DNA of 59,978 nt, from positions 1 to 59,978 of IMG/VR virus record IMGVR_UViG_3300034101_003213; one strand, written 5' to 3'. This document shows positions 40,543 through 50,594 of the stretch, in pieces. The translations under genes were made by a program, and so were the position numbers. Positions within the stretch are counted from its first letter, which is position 1, and each line of letters begins with the position of its first letter. This stretch comes from a virus (taxonomy: Duplodnaviria > Caudoviricetes). A model generated the notes under the pieces. The model saw nothing but the letters and a program-made list of their open reading frames with translations, had not been told where the DNA came from and made no database searches.

Positions 40543-41143
40543 TTTACCAGAAAATAATAAAAACAGATTTGATCAAGTTGCAAGATACGATGATATATCT
40601 GCGCCACAACCGAATTTAGGTAGAACAACAAAAATTGATTCTTCTGCTGAAGCAGATGTTTTGGGTATTAAATCTGGTGAAGGTTTAATAAAAGATGAAA
40701 TGTCCAAAACCGTTTTTAAAGATGGTAGAGATATAAATTTAATGGATGTTTTATCTGGTAAGGCTAATATAACCAGATTGTCCATGGAAGACCCTAGATC
40801 TACAACAACTAGTGGGACTGGTGGTGTTATGCCTACTGTGGCAACTGGAACACCAACACCATCTACATCTGGTCCGGATTTAACTAAAGAAATAGGTTTG
40901 ATGGATGCAGAGATTGAAACTCTTGTGGATGAAATAAAAAAGTTAAAAGAAGAATTAAAAGTTCATCAAAAAATAAATGATAAACAGAAGTCAGATATAG
41001 ATGCTGTTCAAGAGGTAATAAATAACATGTTAATTCAAGACTCAAAAATTTTTGATGAAGAAGCAGTTAAAACCGTAAATAGTCAAAAATTTTTCTTTGA
41101 TCTAAGAAACAAAGAAGCATCAATGCCCCCTGAGTGGGCTTAA
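40535..41143 (+). CDS. Hypothetical protein, C-terminal coiled coil
   Basis: 202-aa ORF after gp26/gp51. Confidence 0.7.
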   Translation: MNDLPENNKNRFDQVARYDDISAPQPNLGRTTKIDSSAEADVLGIKSGEGLIKDEMSKTVFKDGRDINLMDVLSGKANITRLSMEDPRSTTTSGTGGVMPTVATGTPTPSTSGPDLTKEIGLMDAEIETLVDEIKKLKEELKVHQKINDKQKSDIDAVQEVINNMLIQDSKIFDEEAVKTVNSQKFFFDLRNKEASMPPEWA

Positions 41144-41145
41144 AT

Positions 41146-41171
41146 AAAAAAGCCCCCTTTCGGGGGCTTTC
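41146..41171. terminator. Bidirectional terminator
   Basis: AAAGCCCCC-TTTC-GGGGGCTTT between convergent genes. Confidence 0.88.
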
Positions 41172-42029
41172 TCAATCCTGATCCATTTCTGAGAAATACT
41201 TCAGTGGATCTTTCTCCTCCACATCATCCGTTACTGTAGTCTCCTCTACATCGTCCTCAATGCTCTTGGACTCTGTATACTGAGCACGGATGTCATCACC
41301 AACAGCCTTCTTGAATCTTGCATTCAGTTCTTCAAAACTCTTAAACTGACTCTTATCAACGAAAGGCTTGAGAGGATACTGCTTCTTCCAGATCTCTTCC
41401 AGCTTCTTGTCTTCTCCACCGAGAAGAGGCGCTGGAGCAGCAAACTCGCTTCTGTCGTAGTTTACATAACCACCGACATTGCGAATTTTAATCTTGAAGT
41501 CTGCACCCGTCCAAAAATTGAACGGATCAACTGCAACTTCATCTTGGAACTCAGGGTGAGCAAGGCCCTGAATCTTCTGAAAGATCTTAGTTCCATACTG
41601 ATAAAGGAAAACCTTTCCCTTATTCTCTGGGTTGGCAGGATCCTCAAGAACAAGAATATTTGAAATGTAAGTCAACTTACGCTTACGGTTTCTTGCAATA
41701 TTCTTATCATCCTCAATACCACTGTTCCACAGTTCACTATTGGCAGCACAGATTGGGCACTTCTCACCAATGGTGGTTGGGCAGTTCTCATACAACCAGC
41801 CTCCCTTGCCCTTAAAGGTGTGGCTATAAACCGCTACAAACGGAGTGTCCTCACCTTCAATCTCAGGGAGGAACCGAATTACTGCATATCCATTGCCAGC
41901 CTTATCGATTCCCGGCTTCCAAATACGGTCATCCTTATAACCGTCCTTCGCAGACAACTTTTCAAGTTTCTCCGAAAGTGATGCGATTGAATTCTTACTC
42001 TTCTTTTTAAAATCTGAAAAATTACCCAT
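41172..42029 (-). CDS. gp32: Single-stranded DNA-binding protein
   Basis: DDRIWKP..DKAGNGYAVIRFLP, Zn ligands H..C..C..C, NYD.SEF, acidic tail. Confidence 0.97.
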   Translation of the reverse strand: MGNFSDFKKKSKNSIASLSEKLEKLSAKDGYKDDRIWKPGIDKAGNGYAVIRFLPEIEGEDTPFVAVYSHTFKGKGGWLYENCPTTIGEKCPICAANSELWNSGIEDDKNIARNRKRKLTYISNILVLEDPANPENKGKVFLYQYGTKIFQKIQGLAHPEFQDEVAVDPFNFWTGADFKIKIRNVGGYVNYDRSEFAAPAPLLGGEDKKLEEIWKKQYPLKPFVDKSQFKSFEELNARFKKAVGDDIRAQYTESKSIEDDVEETTVTDDVEEKDPLKYFSEMDQD

Positions 42030-42069
42030 AATATTCCCGAGGGTCTACCTCGGCCTTTCTTGTTAGATC

Positions 42070-42097
42070 ATTATACGATGACTATTAGTTTAGTCAA
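42070..42097 (-). promoter_or_regulatory. Sigma70-like promoter for gp32
   Basis: TTGACT-N16-TATAAT. Confidence 0.7.
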
Positions 42098-42323
42098 CAG
42101 GAAGTTTTTTGGTTTTTCTTTTTTTTATAAAATTAAGATCTTTAGCTTCCATCTCAATTTTTTCTATTAAAGGTTTTGTTAATAGTTTGCCGGATGCAGA
42201 TGGGTCTAATCCCATTTCATCACTAAGTTCCAAAACACACTCCATGAACGATAAATTTGTAGATTTAACTCGTTCAATTACTTTTGATGAAAATTTTTCT
42301 TTTGCTGAATCGTCCATGTACAT
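42090..42323 (-). CDS. gp33: Late transcription co-activator
   Basis: FS..IE, KLLTKPL.EKIE.EA.DLNF...KLP. Confidence 0.85.
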   Translation of the reverse strand: MYMDDSAKEKFSSKVIERVKSTNLSFMECVLELSDEMGLDPSASGKLLTKPLIEKIEMEAKDLNFIKKRKTKKLPVD

Positions 42324-42401
42324 GACTAATATATCTCACTCTCTGATAAAATCAATATTATTTCCTTCTAAATATTCTAGAACTATTTATAGGAACAAAT
42401 A

Positions 42402-43385
42402 ATGGCCTCTGACACAGACAACAACATTATTATAGAAACTTCCGGCTTAACTGCAGCAATTGCAACAGATGTTGTCCAATTTAGTGGATCTACATCACAT
42501 TTTCAATTTTTTAAACTTGCATATGGAATATGCGGTACTGCAAGCATAGTTTCAAACTCTAATCCTCTTCCTGTTGCTTTTACTGCAGGAGTAACAGCAA
42601 CTGTGGGTGGTCTAATCACTGTTCAGGGTACTGCAGGAGGCTATCCTGTTCCAGTAAGCGGAACAATCATAGCAACAGGCATAACAGGCTCACCTGTTTA
42701 TGTTAAAACATTCACGGGTTCACAAATTGAAGTTACAGGTGGAAGACTATATACCACAGCCGATTCTATTTCAGTATATGGCCCAAGTGGTGCTACATTT
42801 CTACCTGTAAGATTGGTTGGCACTACTGGTTGGGGAATCGGTACAATAGGTGATGCAATTAAAGTTGCAATTACAGGAGCCACCTTTGAGGCAACAATCG
42901 GCACAAGCATGGCCGTATTTGGTATTTCGGGTGCAACAGCTATTTCTGTTAGAACCAATGGAAATACATTGGCCATCAATGACACAAACATTACAAATGG
43001 ATTGACAGCAATCTATGTTAATATTAATAATGTTAGAACAGACTTGGCTGGAATTTCATCTGCTCTTGGAACGCTTAATACCAATTTAGGAACTCTTGGA
43101 ATTTCTGTTCCATCCTTGCTAAAGACAGGTAGAGTTACAGCTGTTTCTGCCAGCGTTACACAAATGGATCCTGCAGGATTTAGTTGTCAAAATGGTATAC
43201 AATTAAAAGCATTATCATCAAACACAAATATAGTTTATTTTGGTAACACATCTGGTTTAGTTGGAGCCTCTTTTGGATATTCAATCGATCCTGGAGAGTC
43301 TTTATTCTTAAAATTAAATAATACAAATTTGATTTACCTAATATCATCAAGTGGTAGTCAAGTAGTAACATATGTTGCATCTTAA
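42402..43385 (+). CDS. Putative virion structural protein (Thr/Gly/Ser-rich)
   Basis: CTAAATA upstream; many GxT motifs; C-terminal beta domain (GIQLKA..N...VYFG..PGESLFL). Confidence 0.65.
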   Translation: MASDTDNNIIIETSGLTAAIATDVVQFSGSTSHFQFFKLAYGICGTASIVSNSNPLPVAFTAGVTATVGGLITVQGTAGGYPVPVSGTIIATGITGSPVYVKTFTGSQIEVTGGRLYTTADSISVYGPSGATFLPVRLVGTTGWGIGTIGDAIKVAITGATFEATIGTSMAVFGISGATAISVRTNGNTLAINDTNITNGLTAIYVNINNVRTDLAGISSALGTLNTNLGTLGISVPSLLKTGRVTAVSASVTQMDPAGFSCQNGIQLKALSSNTNIVYFGNTSGLVGASFGYSIDPGESLFLKLNNTNLIYLISSSGSQVVTYVAS

Positions 43386-43390
43386 TAATC

Positions 43391-44668
43391 ATGTTTACTT
43401 CAAAATTTACATTAAACAATCTAAGAACTCTTAGAAATTATGGATTATATGTAACTGGGAATACACTAGATCCTATTTTTTCAAAAGGTTGGATCAAAAC
43501 TAAACCAAATATTTTAATAAAAAATAACAAATGTTATTTTGATTATTCACATGCTTTTAATACGTCTGATTTGATTTATTTAAATCAAACGTTTAGCAAA
43601 ATTGGTGTAGGTGCCACATTTTATATGGAGTCTTCATCTTATTATGATGAAGAAAAAGACATTTTAAAAAATTTAGGCGGTACATTTTGTGTAACTGCGT
43701 TATTAAATGAAGATAGAGTAATAGTAGCAGATATATCAAGTGGTATGTGTGGTTCATCTAACTATGATTATTTTGAAAAAAATAATTTTACAAGTACCCC
43801 TCAATTTAAATTTGAAAATTATGCGTCTTTTACTGGCTACTATCTAGTAAATTCTTTATCACAAACATCACCAACTACTTTTGAAAGTATGGGAATTTTA
43901 GGTGAAGCATTTGGTTACGAAGAATACATTGATCTAACAGCAGGAATATGTGAAAACTCTGAAAGAATAAAAGTTTTAGGATCTACCGTATTAAAAGACT
44001 CTCAAGAAATTTTATATTTTTCAAGTGGTGGTACTTTTCAAGATATGGGAAATACACTATGTTCTGTAAATTTATATATTCGTGGAGATCCAGATTTATT
44101 ACAATCACCAAAAAATACAAGTGTCACTGGAATTTATACGGTATCAAATGATATATCAAATGCTATTCTCTATTGTTTTGAAAATCAAACATTAAACCAA
44201 TCAATATTAAGAAGAGCAAGCCTAGATACTCCATTTACAGGATCATTTTTAAATTGTAAAAATTGCGCAGAATTAATTTATGGTTTAGCCAATACGATGA
44301 CTTTTGATAGCGTTGGATATGCTTTTGATAATCTTATATTTTTATACGTTATAAATGGATCTTCGGTTAACGCATCTTCTGCTTTAACTGGTTCTTTTGT
44401 TACAAATAGTACAGGAACCGTAAGAGTTACAAGTTCAATTAACAAAATTATAAAAATTGATATAAGTCATCCAACTCTAATTGATTATGATTTGACAATA
44501 TATTCTGATGCAAATAGAACAACATTAGTTGCAGAAAATACTTTTATGAAATATGGAACTCTTGGTTATAACAATTCTTTTGCTATTATAAAAAATTATC
44601 AATCAAATTCACAATTATATTGTACGCTACAAGGTCCTTCTACAATTTATTTTACAATACAAGTATAA
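43391..44668 (+). CDS. Hypothetical protein, probably structural
   Basis: 425-aa beta-rich ORF co-oriented with the upstream late gene. Confidence 0.65.
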   Translation: MFTSKFTLNNLRTLRNYGLYVTGNTLDPIFSKGWIKTKPNILIKNNKCYFDYSHAFNTSDLIYLNQTFSKIGVGATFYMESSSYYDEEKDILKNLGGTFCVTALLNEDRVIVADISSGMCGSSNYDYFEKNNFTSTPQFKFENYASFTGYYLVNSLSQTSPTTFESMGILGEAFGYEEYIDLTAGICENSERIKVLGSTVLKDSQEILYFSSGGTFQDMGNTLCSVNLYIRGDPDLLQSPKNTSVTGIYTVSNDISNAILYCFENQTLNQSILRRASLDTPFTGSFLNCKNCAELIYGLANTMTFDSVGYAFDNLIFLYVINGSSVNASSALTGSFVTNSTGTVRVTSSINKIIKIDISHPTLIDYDLTIYSDANRTTLVAENTFMKYGTLGYNNSFAIIKNYQSNSQLYCTLQGPSTIYFTIQV

Positions 44669-44700
44669 AAAAATCACTGCCTATTTTCATAGGCAGTGAT
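44666..44700 (-). terminator. Rho-independent terminator
   Basis: ATCACTGCCTAT-GAAA-ATAGGCAGTGAT plus a U tract on minus. Confidence 0.85.
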
Positions 44701-44727
44701 CATGACCCTAAACAAAAATTATAGAAC

Positions 44728-44964
44728 TTAACGAGTTCTATTCTTCACAAGTCTGTAGTAAGATCGTCCATTACGTGAACTACGAACTACGTTGTAGTTC
44801 ATGTCGAAGCGATCAAACGCCTCTCGGAGGTCGTGCATCGTGGCGCGCATGTTCTGAACGCGGAAGCGCTTACGGGCCTCTCCGGCAGTCAGTGGCGAAC
44901 CTGAACGCATAAAATCGAACACTCTCTGAATCTTTGTAGGACGATCAACTGTAGTAATTTCCAT
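44728..44964 (-). CDS. Small winged-helix DNA-binding protein
   Basis: KIQRVFDFMRSGSPLTAGEARKRF.V.N.RA...DLR; AAAGGA RBS; TTGACA-type promoter near 44990-45020. Confidence 0.75.
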   Translation of the reverse strand: MEITTVDRPTKIQRVFDFMRSGSPLTAGEARKRFRVQNMRATMHDLREAFDRFDMNYNVVRSSRNGRSYYRLVKNRTR

Positions 44965-45056
44965 AACATTTCCTTTCTTAAGAAGTTTTATTATAATAGC
45001 ATGTTATTCTTGACTGTCAAGTAATATGATAAATAATTCTGACTGAGGATTTCCCT

Positions 45057-45656
45057 ATGGGCACTAGGAACCATCAGTTTGTCAGTCATGTGAAAAATCA
45101 TCTGGCACAATATGGAATGCGTCTAGTAATAGGCCGTGGAAAATTATTAAATTGTGGTGGTTATAGATGTGAAGGTTATTTTTCTGATAAAGAAAAAGTT
45201 ATAAAAATTGCAAGATTTGGAACCAATTTTATGGAAACTTTGGTTCATGAATACTCACATTTTTTACAATATATCAATAATTCTAAAATTTACAATAAAT
45301 CAGATAAAGCAATTTTAATGGTAGATGCTTGGTTTAACGGTACAAATTTTGATCAACAAAAATTGCGTAGATCTTTTTTTATTATTCGTGCTATGGAAAG
45401 AGACTGTGAAAAAAGAGCTATAAAAGTAATTAAACAATTTAATTTGCAAATAGACACCAAACTATATGCAAAAAGAGCAAACTGCTATATCTACAGTCAC
45501 TTCCTTATGGAAAAGACTCGTAAGTTCTATGCCTATAAGAAGAGTCCTTACAGAAGTCCCGTTGTGCTAAAAATTATGCCATCTTCTATGGCAGTGCTTA
45601 GTCATAAATCCATACCACCAAAGATTTATTCTATGTTGGAATCATTTACAATTTGA
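45057..45656 (+). CDS. HExxH zincin-like protein
   Basis: TLVHEYSHFLQ..ERDCE; GATAAATA at 45028-35 and GAGGA RBS. Confidence 0.65.
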   Translation: MGTRNHQFVSHVKNHLAQYGMRLVIGRGKLLNCGGYRCEGYFSDKEKVIKIARFGTNFMETLVHEYSHFLQYINNSKIYNKSDKAILMVDAWFNGTNFDQQKLRRSFFIIRAMERDCEKRAIKVIKQFNLQIDTKLYAKRANCYIYSHFLMEKTRKFYAYKKSPYRSPVVLKIMPSSMAVLSHKSIPPKIYSMLESFTI

Positions 45657-45991
45657 GATTTTAAATACTTTGAAACAAATTTTGTAAATGGTTGATCTCC
45701 GTAAGGCCAACGGTCTTCTTCAGATAAAAAATCATAATGCACCAAAGCATCAAGATGCTCTTCAAGCATCTTTAACGTAACATCATCAACATTCCATTTG
45801 ATTTCATCATCAGTATTGACTGCCGGTGATTCTGCTGCATTGTGTTCTGCAACAGCAAGATCCGCAATCTTTGCAACATTTCCCAAAATCTCTAATGACT
45901 TGGCGCATTGATAAAAAAGATCCTTTTTGACAGGATCTTCTTCTTTGCGAGCCAAGTTTCGTACTTCATAAACTAACTCAGGGATTTTCAT
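45626..45991 (-). CDS. Hypothetical protein
   Basis: AAGGAG RBS before MKIPEL. Confidence 0.75.
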   Translation of the reverse strand: MKIPELVYEVRNLARKEEDPVKKDLFYQCAKSLEILGNVAKIADLAVAEHNAAESPAVNTDDEIKWNVDDVTLKMLEEHLDALVHYDFLSEEDRWPYGDQPFTKFVSKYLKSQIVNDSNIE

Positions 45992-46001
45992 GATTGTCTC
46001 C

Positions 46002-46364
46002 TTACGACAGTGTGAGGAGATACTTGGTCTTCTGAACAAGGGCCAGCATCTCATCTCTAATATTTAACAATGCTGTTTGATCAGAACCAATTTCTTTTTC
46101 TATTTCATTTTGTAAGTAATCTTCAAAAGATTCGATTACCGTATTTACATTAATTTTAAAACTTCCATTCAATTGAAGATTTTCTATTCCCTTCAATTCA
46201 CCTCTTCCCTTAACACCCATATATGTTTCTGTAAACGCATCTAAAAGCGGGTCAAGCCCCTCGTATAAAGCACCTAAAGCTTTATGGGCAGAGTAAGATT
46301 GAGTACCCCAATGATGTAGTCTCACTTCGTTTTGAAAATTTAATATTTTGTGTATGCAGTTCAT
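46002..46364 (-). CDS. Ferritin/Dps-like four-helix protein (DUF5856-like)
   Basis: HHW.T.SYSAHKALG.LYE..D.F.E.Y.G, LLNIRDEML....TKYLLTL; GATAAATA 5 nt upstream. Confidence 0.8.
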   Translation of the reverse strand: MNCIHKILNFQNEVRLHHWGTQSYSAHKALGALYEGLDPLLDAFTETYMGVKGRGELKGIENLQLNGSFKINVNTVIESFEDYLQNEIEKEIGSDQTALLNIRDEMLALVQKTKYLLTLS

Positions 46365-46368
46365 AAAG

Positions 46369-47028
46369 TTATTTATCTTTCTCAAAAAGATTCTTTACAG
46401 AAGTAATTATTCCTTTTACAGAATCTTTAGCATCATTTATATTAAAACCCTCTCCCTTTTCTGGTCCAAATTTTTTCTTTGGGCAAGAGAGAGTAGGCAT
46501 ATAAAGTTTTTGAGATAGTGCTGCTCTTGGGTTTCCAACAGTGCACCCACAACCACCTTTACACCAACCAATTTCATCTTTAATTTTTTTTGCTTCAGGA
46601 ACTCTAAATTCACAGCTCATGCATATTTTTTTTCTTTTTTCAAAAACTTCATTACTAACCTTCCCTTGAAGTATTTGAGAAGTTTCTGCAGCCCCATAAG
46701 ACATTGCTTTTTCTGTAAATGATTTTTCTTCTTCAGAATTTTGTTTTTCTTCATTTACAACTTTATAAGCATTATGCTGGGGTAATTTTTCTCTCATTTG
46801 TTTTACAAATGGATGTGTATTATCATTTTTATTTTGAAATGGATCTACGATAGGATCTCTTTCTTGGCATCCCCTACATGTTGGAAAATTTACATTTGTA
46901 TTTTTTAATTTACAAAATGGTTTACAAGACTCATTTTCTAAATTCCAATGTTTGCAGTTTATTTGAATGTGAGATACGCTATCGTTTGTTTCACAAATTT
47001 TAAATTGATTTAAAGTTACAACTCTCAT
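46369..47028 (-). CDS. Cys-rich hypothetical protein
   Basis: N-terminal C..C..C..CxxC; C-terminal R.KICMSC..WCKGGCGC..SCPKKKF. Confidence 0.8.
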   Translation of the reverse strand: MRVVTLNQFKICETNDSVSHIQINCKHWNLENESCKPFCKLKNTNVNFPTCRGCQERDPIVDPFQNKNDNTHPFVKQMREKLPQHNAYKVVNEEKQNSEEEKSFTEKAMSYGAAETSQILQGKVSNEVFEKRKKICMSCEFRVPEAKKIKDEIGWCKGGCGCTVGNPRAALSQKLYMPTLSCPKKKFGPEKGEGFNINDAKDSVKGIITSVKNLFEKDK

Positions 47029-50000
47029 TAGTCTAAACCTTTTGCTGTAATAACAATATGTGATCTATTTTTTGAACTTGGCAAAGAAATTCTTCCCGGA
47101 TTTGGTTCATATTTTGTATTCCAAGGCAACCAACCATCTGCATCTCTACCACTTGTTGGTACATCATATTTTGAAAACTCTACTTTTATGGAAACATCTC
47201 TATCTCTTGATTCAAAAGTATCACATAAAAATGTTGAAAAGGGAATTATAGGTTCTTGGAATCCAGCGTTTGTGAACCAAAGATGATCGCATGCATCAGA
47301 TACGTCTGGATTTGGTGGTGCTCCAGTGGTGGGAGAAACACAAGAACTTTTATTTACAGTACATTCAAATTTTATTTTTTCAATTTCTTTTACATCTGGT
47401 AATGTATTTTCTTTTGTTCTCTTCTGACACAGATATTTTCTCCAATTGAAGAACATATCTCCCAAACCAGTTCCAAGATTTTGAGCAGTTCCCTCACAAT
47501 AATCACATTTTGTTGTTGATGAATTGCAGTTTGGTGGTTCACAATATTCAAAAAAACAATTTGAATTTATAACAGGATCAAAACATGAGCATGCTTTTTT
47601 GCAATCTTTGTTTCCTAAGAAACCTCTTGCGATTGCACCACCCTCCGTTCTGAAATAAATTCTTTCAGAATCCATTCCTAACCAATGTTCAACTTCTGGA
47701 TTTCCAAAAAATATTGGCACAATATTTCCATCTTGCCATCTTGGAAAACATGTCCAATAAGGATCTTCCTGACCTCTTCCTTCTATTCTTGATGCATTAG
47801 CACCACAGTTCCAATTTGCATTTCTGTATGGCCCATATCTAGCAGGATCTATACCAGTTGGTAGAGTACAAGGAAAATCTGGATTTGGTTCTTGACATTC
47901 GCAGCGACACTCTGGAGGTGGTGGCTCAAAACCACAAATTTGCACTAAAGGTGGAAATGTATTTGGTTGTGTTTCACAACAACCTATTAAAAATGGATCA
48001 AGTTCAGGACAATTTAATGGATCATTATTAAATTGAGGATCTTGTAAATCACAACATGGACAAGGGAATGGAGGACAATCTGGACCACCGGGTGGATCAT
48101 TTCCGTTACAATCTGCACACCGCCTATCTGTTTTTATTTTACAATCACAATCTATTACACAATTTCCTATAGGTGCTTTTGTTGGGAAATCTTCAGCTTT
48201 TACATTAAAAGATGCCCAAGTATAAATTTCAAATGGATCATATGTATCTGGTCTATTGCAATAACCATCTGCAGTCCAAGTACAATAAGAATCACCATAC
48301 AGATGCGGATAGTAGCCAAATGGAACTACTCTATCTCTTTCAAATTGACTTGAAGATTCTGCTTGCTGTATTGCAGTATAGTTATTTCTATATCTTTTAC
48401 CACCAACAGGCGAACCAACAGATCCGGCTGGGAATGGCAAATCTGCAAGAGCACCACAATATCTTGGTGCATGTATTCTATACATGGAATAAACTTCACC
48501 CGGTGGAATTATTGCTGAACCACTTCCATCAAGATAAATTGTTGGAAAAGATCCGTCTATAACACCATTTTGACAGACACAATTTGGTGTTGAACTTTCA
48601 GAATTCCATGGTCCTAAATCAGCATAAATCAAAGAATTCAATGGTCTCACTACAGTTTCATATGGTAGATTATTCGCATATATTCCAGAATTAATTACAA
48701 ACTTAGCCCCCTCGTATTCTGGTCCATTTCCTGTTTGTTTACTAGAACCACCTACAGTTTCTTGGCAACCTATTTCAGGAGAAAGAGAATTTCCACAAAC
48801 CAAACAACCAATTCCAGATGTTTCTACATCCATTTTTAATACAATAGGTCCTCTTTCTGCAAAAGAAATTTTGGTGCCATTTAAATTATTCATGCAGTGC
48901 AAATGGTTTGTAGCAGTGAGTCCACCACATGATCTTTGATCGCCTTCACCCTCATATCCTGGAATTGAGTCATCACAAGAAGAAGGTAGTATTCTTTCAA
49001 GTTCATTATCTTCATTTACTCTGTATCCAGATGGGCAATCACATCCCAAACTTGAAAGATGTTTTTCTTCAACTACTTGTTTAATTGTTATTCTAAATTT
49101 AGTTTCTTCTGGAGTGTCTTTATTAAATGTTTTTACATATTGATTTACAGAAACATTCCAATCTTTAAAAACTCTCCAAACTTTACCTTGATTTAAATCC
49201 GCGTGATCTAATGTAAACAAAACTCGCAAAGCATCTGTCGGTGTTTTATGAATCCAAATTCCATCATCTTCTCTTCCATTGGACCAAGGAAATCCTGCAC
49301 TTTCTAAAGCAGAAATTTCCCCAGATTTTGATTCATAATCCATTCCAAATGACCATTCTCCAAAAGATCTTCCAGCAGATGGATCATAATCACAAAAACC
49401 AAACGTTGGATTTTTAAATTGAGTTGGGACTAAAACATGCAAACTCATTTTTTTGAATTCACCAGATTCAATATCTTCAACATCCCATTCTGGGGTGGTA
49501 TATCTATTTGCTTGCTCAAGCCAACCAAAGAATTTTAATTTTTGACTTTCAGCATCTGATCCATGATTTGAATAATTAAAACAAACAGAAGGACAATCTT
49601 CCCAACCAAAAGGGGTTCCCTCTTCATCTAATTGATCGCAAAGTTCTTTTGAGCTTAAATATTCTTTATTACAGCATCCCTCTTGTGCGTTTGTACATTC
49701 ACTTTCCACAACATCACACTGAAGTATATTTTCACGGGGAGTTCCTATTACAGATGAAGGGTTTGCTTTGGCTGCTTTTACTTCATCAACCGTATATGCT
49801 GCACCCGTTTCTGGATTATAGCAATGCTCTATATCTCCTCTATTGACATCAAAATATCTTTTGAATCTATAAGGCCACGGTCCTCTTGGCATTCGGGCAA
49901 AATCTTGAATACATGGATTTTTATTTCCATTTGCATCTGTTCCATTTTCTAAGAACACACCACAACCAGATTGGAATTCCCACATAAGGTGATCAACAGC

Positions 50001-50567
50001 AACATTGTAAGATCTTATTGTATCCGGATGTGGTCTAATATTTCTTGCTGGACCATTTATTTTTTTATCTATAATAGTTTGATAATTACTTCCAATTAAT
50101 TTTTCTATTTTTAATTCAAAAGTTAAATTAAAAAATATATCATCATCATTTTCAATATTTGTCATATTGATGCCGTTAAACCAGCATGGGGTTACATCAC
50201 CATAATAAGGATCTTGACCCCACTTATATGATGTAGAATTTAATCCAGCAGAGGGTGTTCTAAATGAATTTTTTAAAACTGGAATTGGATTAGTTGGTGT
50301 CTGTTCTTGATATCTTCCTGCTTCTGGATTTGGAATTCTTTGAGAGCAAGAAAAATTTTGACACAAATAATTGGTCATTGGATGACCTACACTTGGTAAT
50401 TCTGTTGTTAAAGTTCCAAGTGTTCTCCAATTTGGTTGTTTACACTGCCTTAATTGACCTTCATCATAGGATGGATTATTGGGATCATACCAATCAATAA
50501 AATAATGATCATGATCACACCAAAATCCAAGAAGATCTTCTTTGCAACAACACTTTTTGCTCGTCAT
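47028..50567 (-). CDS. Large Cys/Pro-rich protein, probably virion-associated
   Basis: 1179 aa, starts MTSKKCCC, about 64 Cys by hand count; TCTAAATA late-type box at 50592-99. Confidence 0.85.
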   Translation of the reverse strand: MTSKKCCCKEDLLGFWCDHDHYFIDWYDPNNPSYDEGQLRQCKQPNWRTLGTLTTELPSVGHPMTNYLCQNFSCSQRIPNPEAGRYQEQTPTNPIPVLKNSFRTPSAGLNSTSYKWGQDPYYGDVTPCWFNGINMTNIENDDDIFFNLTFELKIEKLIGSNYQTIIDKKINGPARNIRPHPDTIRSYNVAVDHLMWEFQSGCGVFLENGTDANGNKNPCIQDFARMPRGPWPYRFKRYFDVNRGDIEHCYNPETGAAYTVDEVKAAKANPSSVIGTPRENILQCDVVESECTNAQEGCCNKEYLSSKELCDQLDEEGTPFGWEDCPSVCFNYSNHGSDAESQKLKFFGWLEQANRYTTPEWDVEDIESGEFKKMSLHVLVPTQFKNPTFGFCDYDPSAGRSFGEWSFGMDYESKSGEISALESAGFPWSNGREDDGIWIHKTPTDALRVLFTLDHADLNQGKVWRVFKDWNVSVNQYVKTFNKDTPEETKFRITIKQVVEEKHLSSLGCDCPSGYRVNEDNELERILPSSCDDSIPGYEGEGDQRSCGGLTATNHLHCMNNLNGTKISFAERGPIVLKMDVETSGIGCLVCGNSLSPEIGCQETVGGSSKQTGNGPEYEGAKFVINSGIYANNLPYETVVRPLNSLIYADLGPWNSESSTPNCVCQNGVIDGSFPTIYLDGSGSAIIPPGEVYSMYRIHAPRYCGALADLPFPAGSVGSPVGGKRYRNNYTAIQQAESSSQFERDRVVPFGYYPHLYGDSYCTWTADGYCNRPDTYDPFEIYTWASFNVKAEDFPTKAPIGNCVIDCDCKIKTDRRCADCNGNDPPGGPDCPPFPCPCCDLQDPQFNNDPLNCPELDPFLIGCCETQPNTFPPLVQICGFEPPPPECRCECQEPNPDFPCTLPTGIDPARYGPYRNANWNCGANASRIEGRGQEDPYWTCFPRWQDGNIVPIFFGNPEVEHWLGMDSERIYFRTEGGAIARGFLGNKDCKKACSCFDPVINSNCFFEYCEPPNCNSSTTKCDYCEGTAQNLGTGLGDMFFNWRKYLCQKRTKENTLPDVKEIEKIKFECTVNKSSCVSPTTGAPPNPDVSDACDHLWFTNAGFQEPIIPFSTFLCDTFESRDRDVSIKVEFSKYDVPTSGRDADGWLPWNTKYEPNPGRISLPSSKNRSHIVITAKGLD

Positions 50568-50594
50568 GAAATAACCTAGTAATTACTAGATTAT

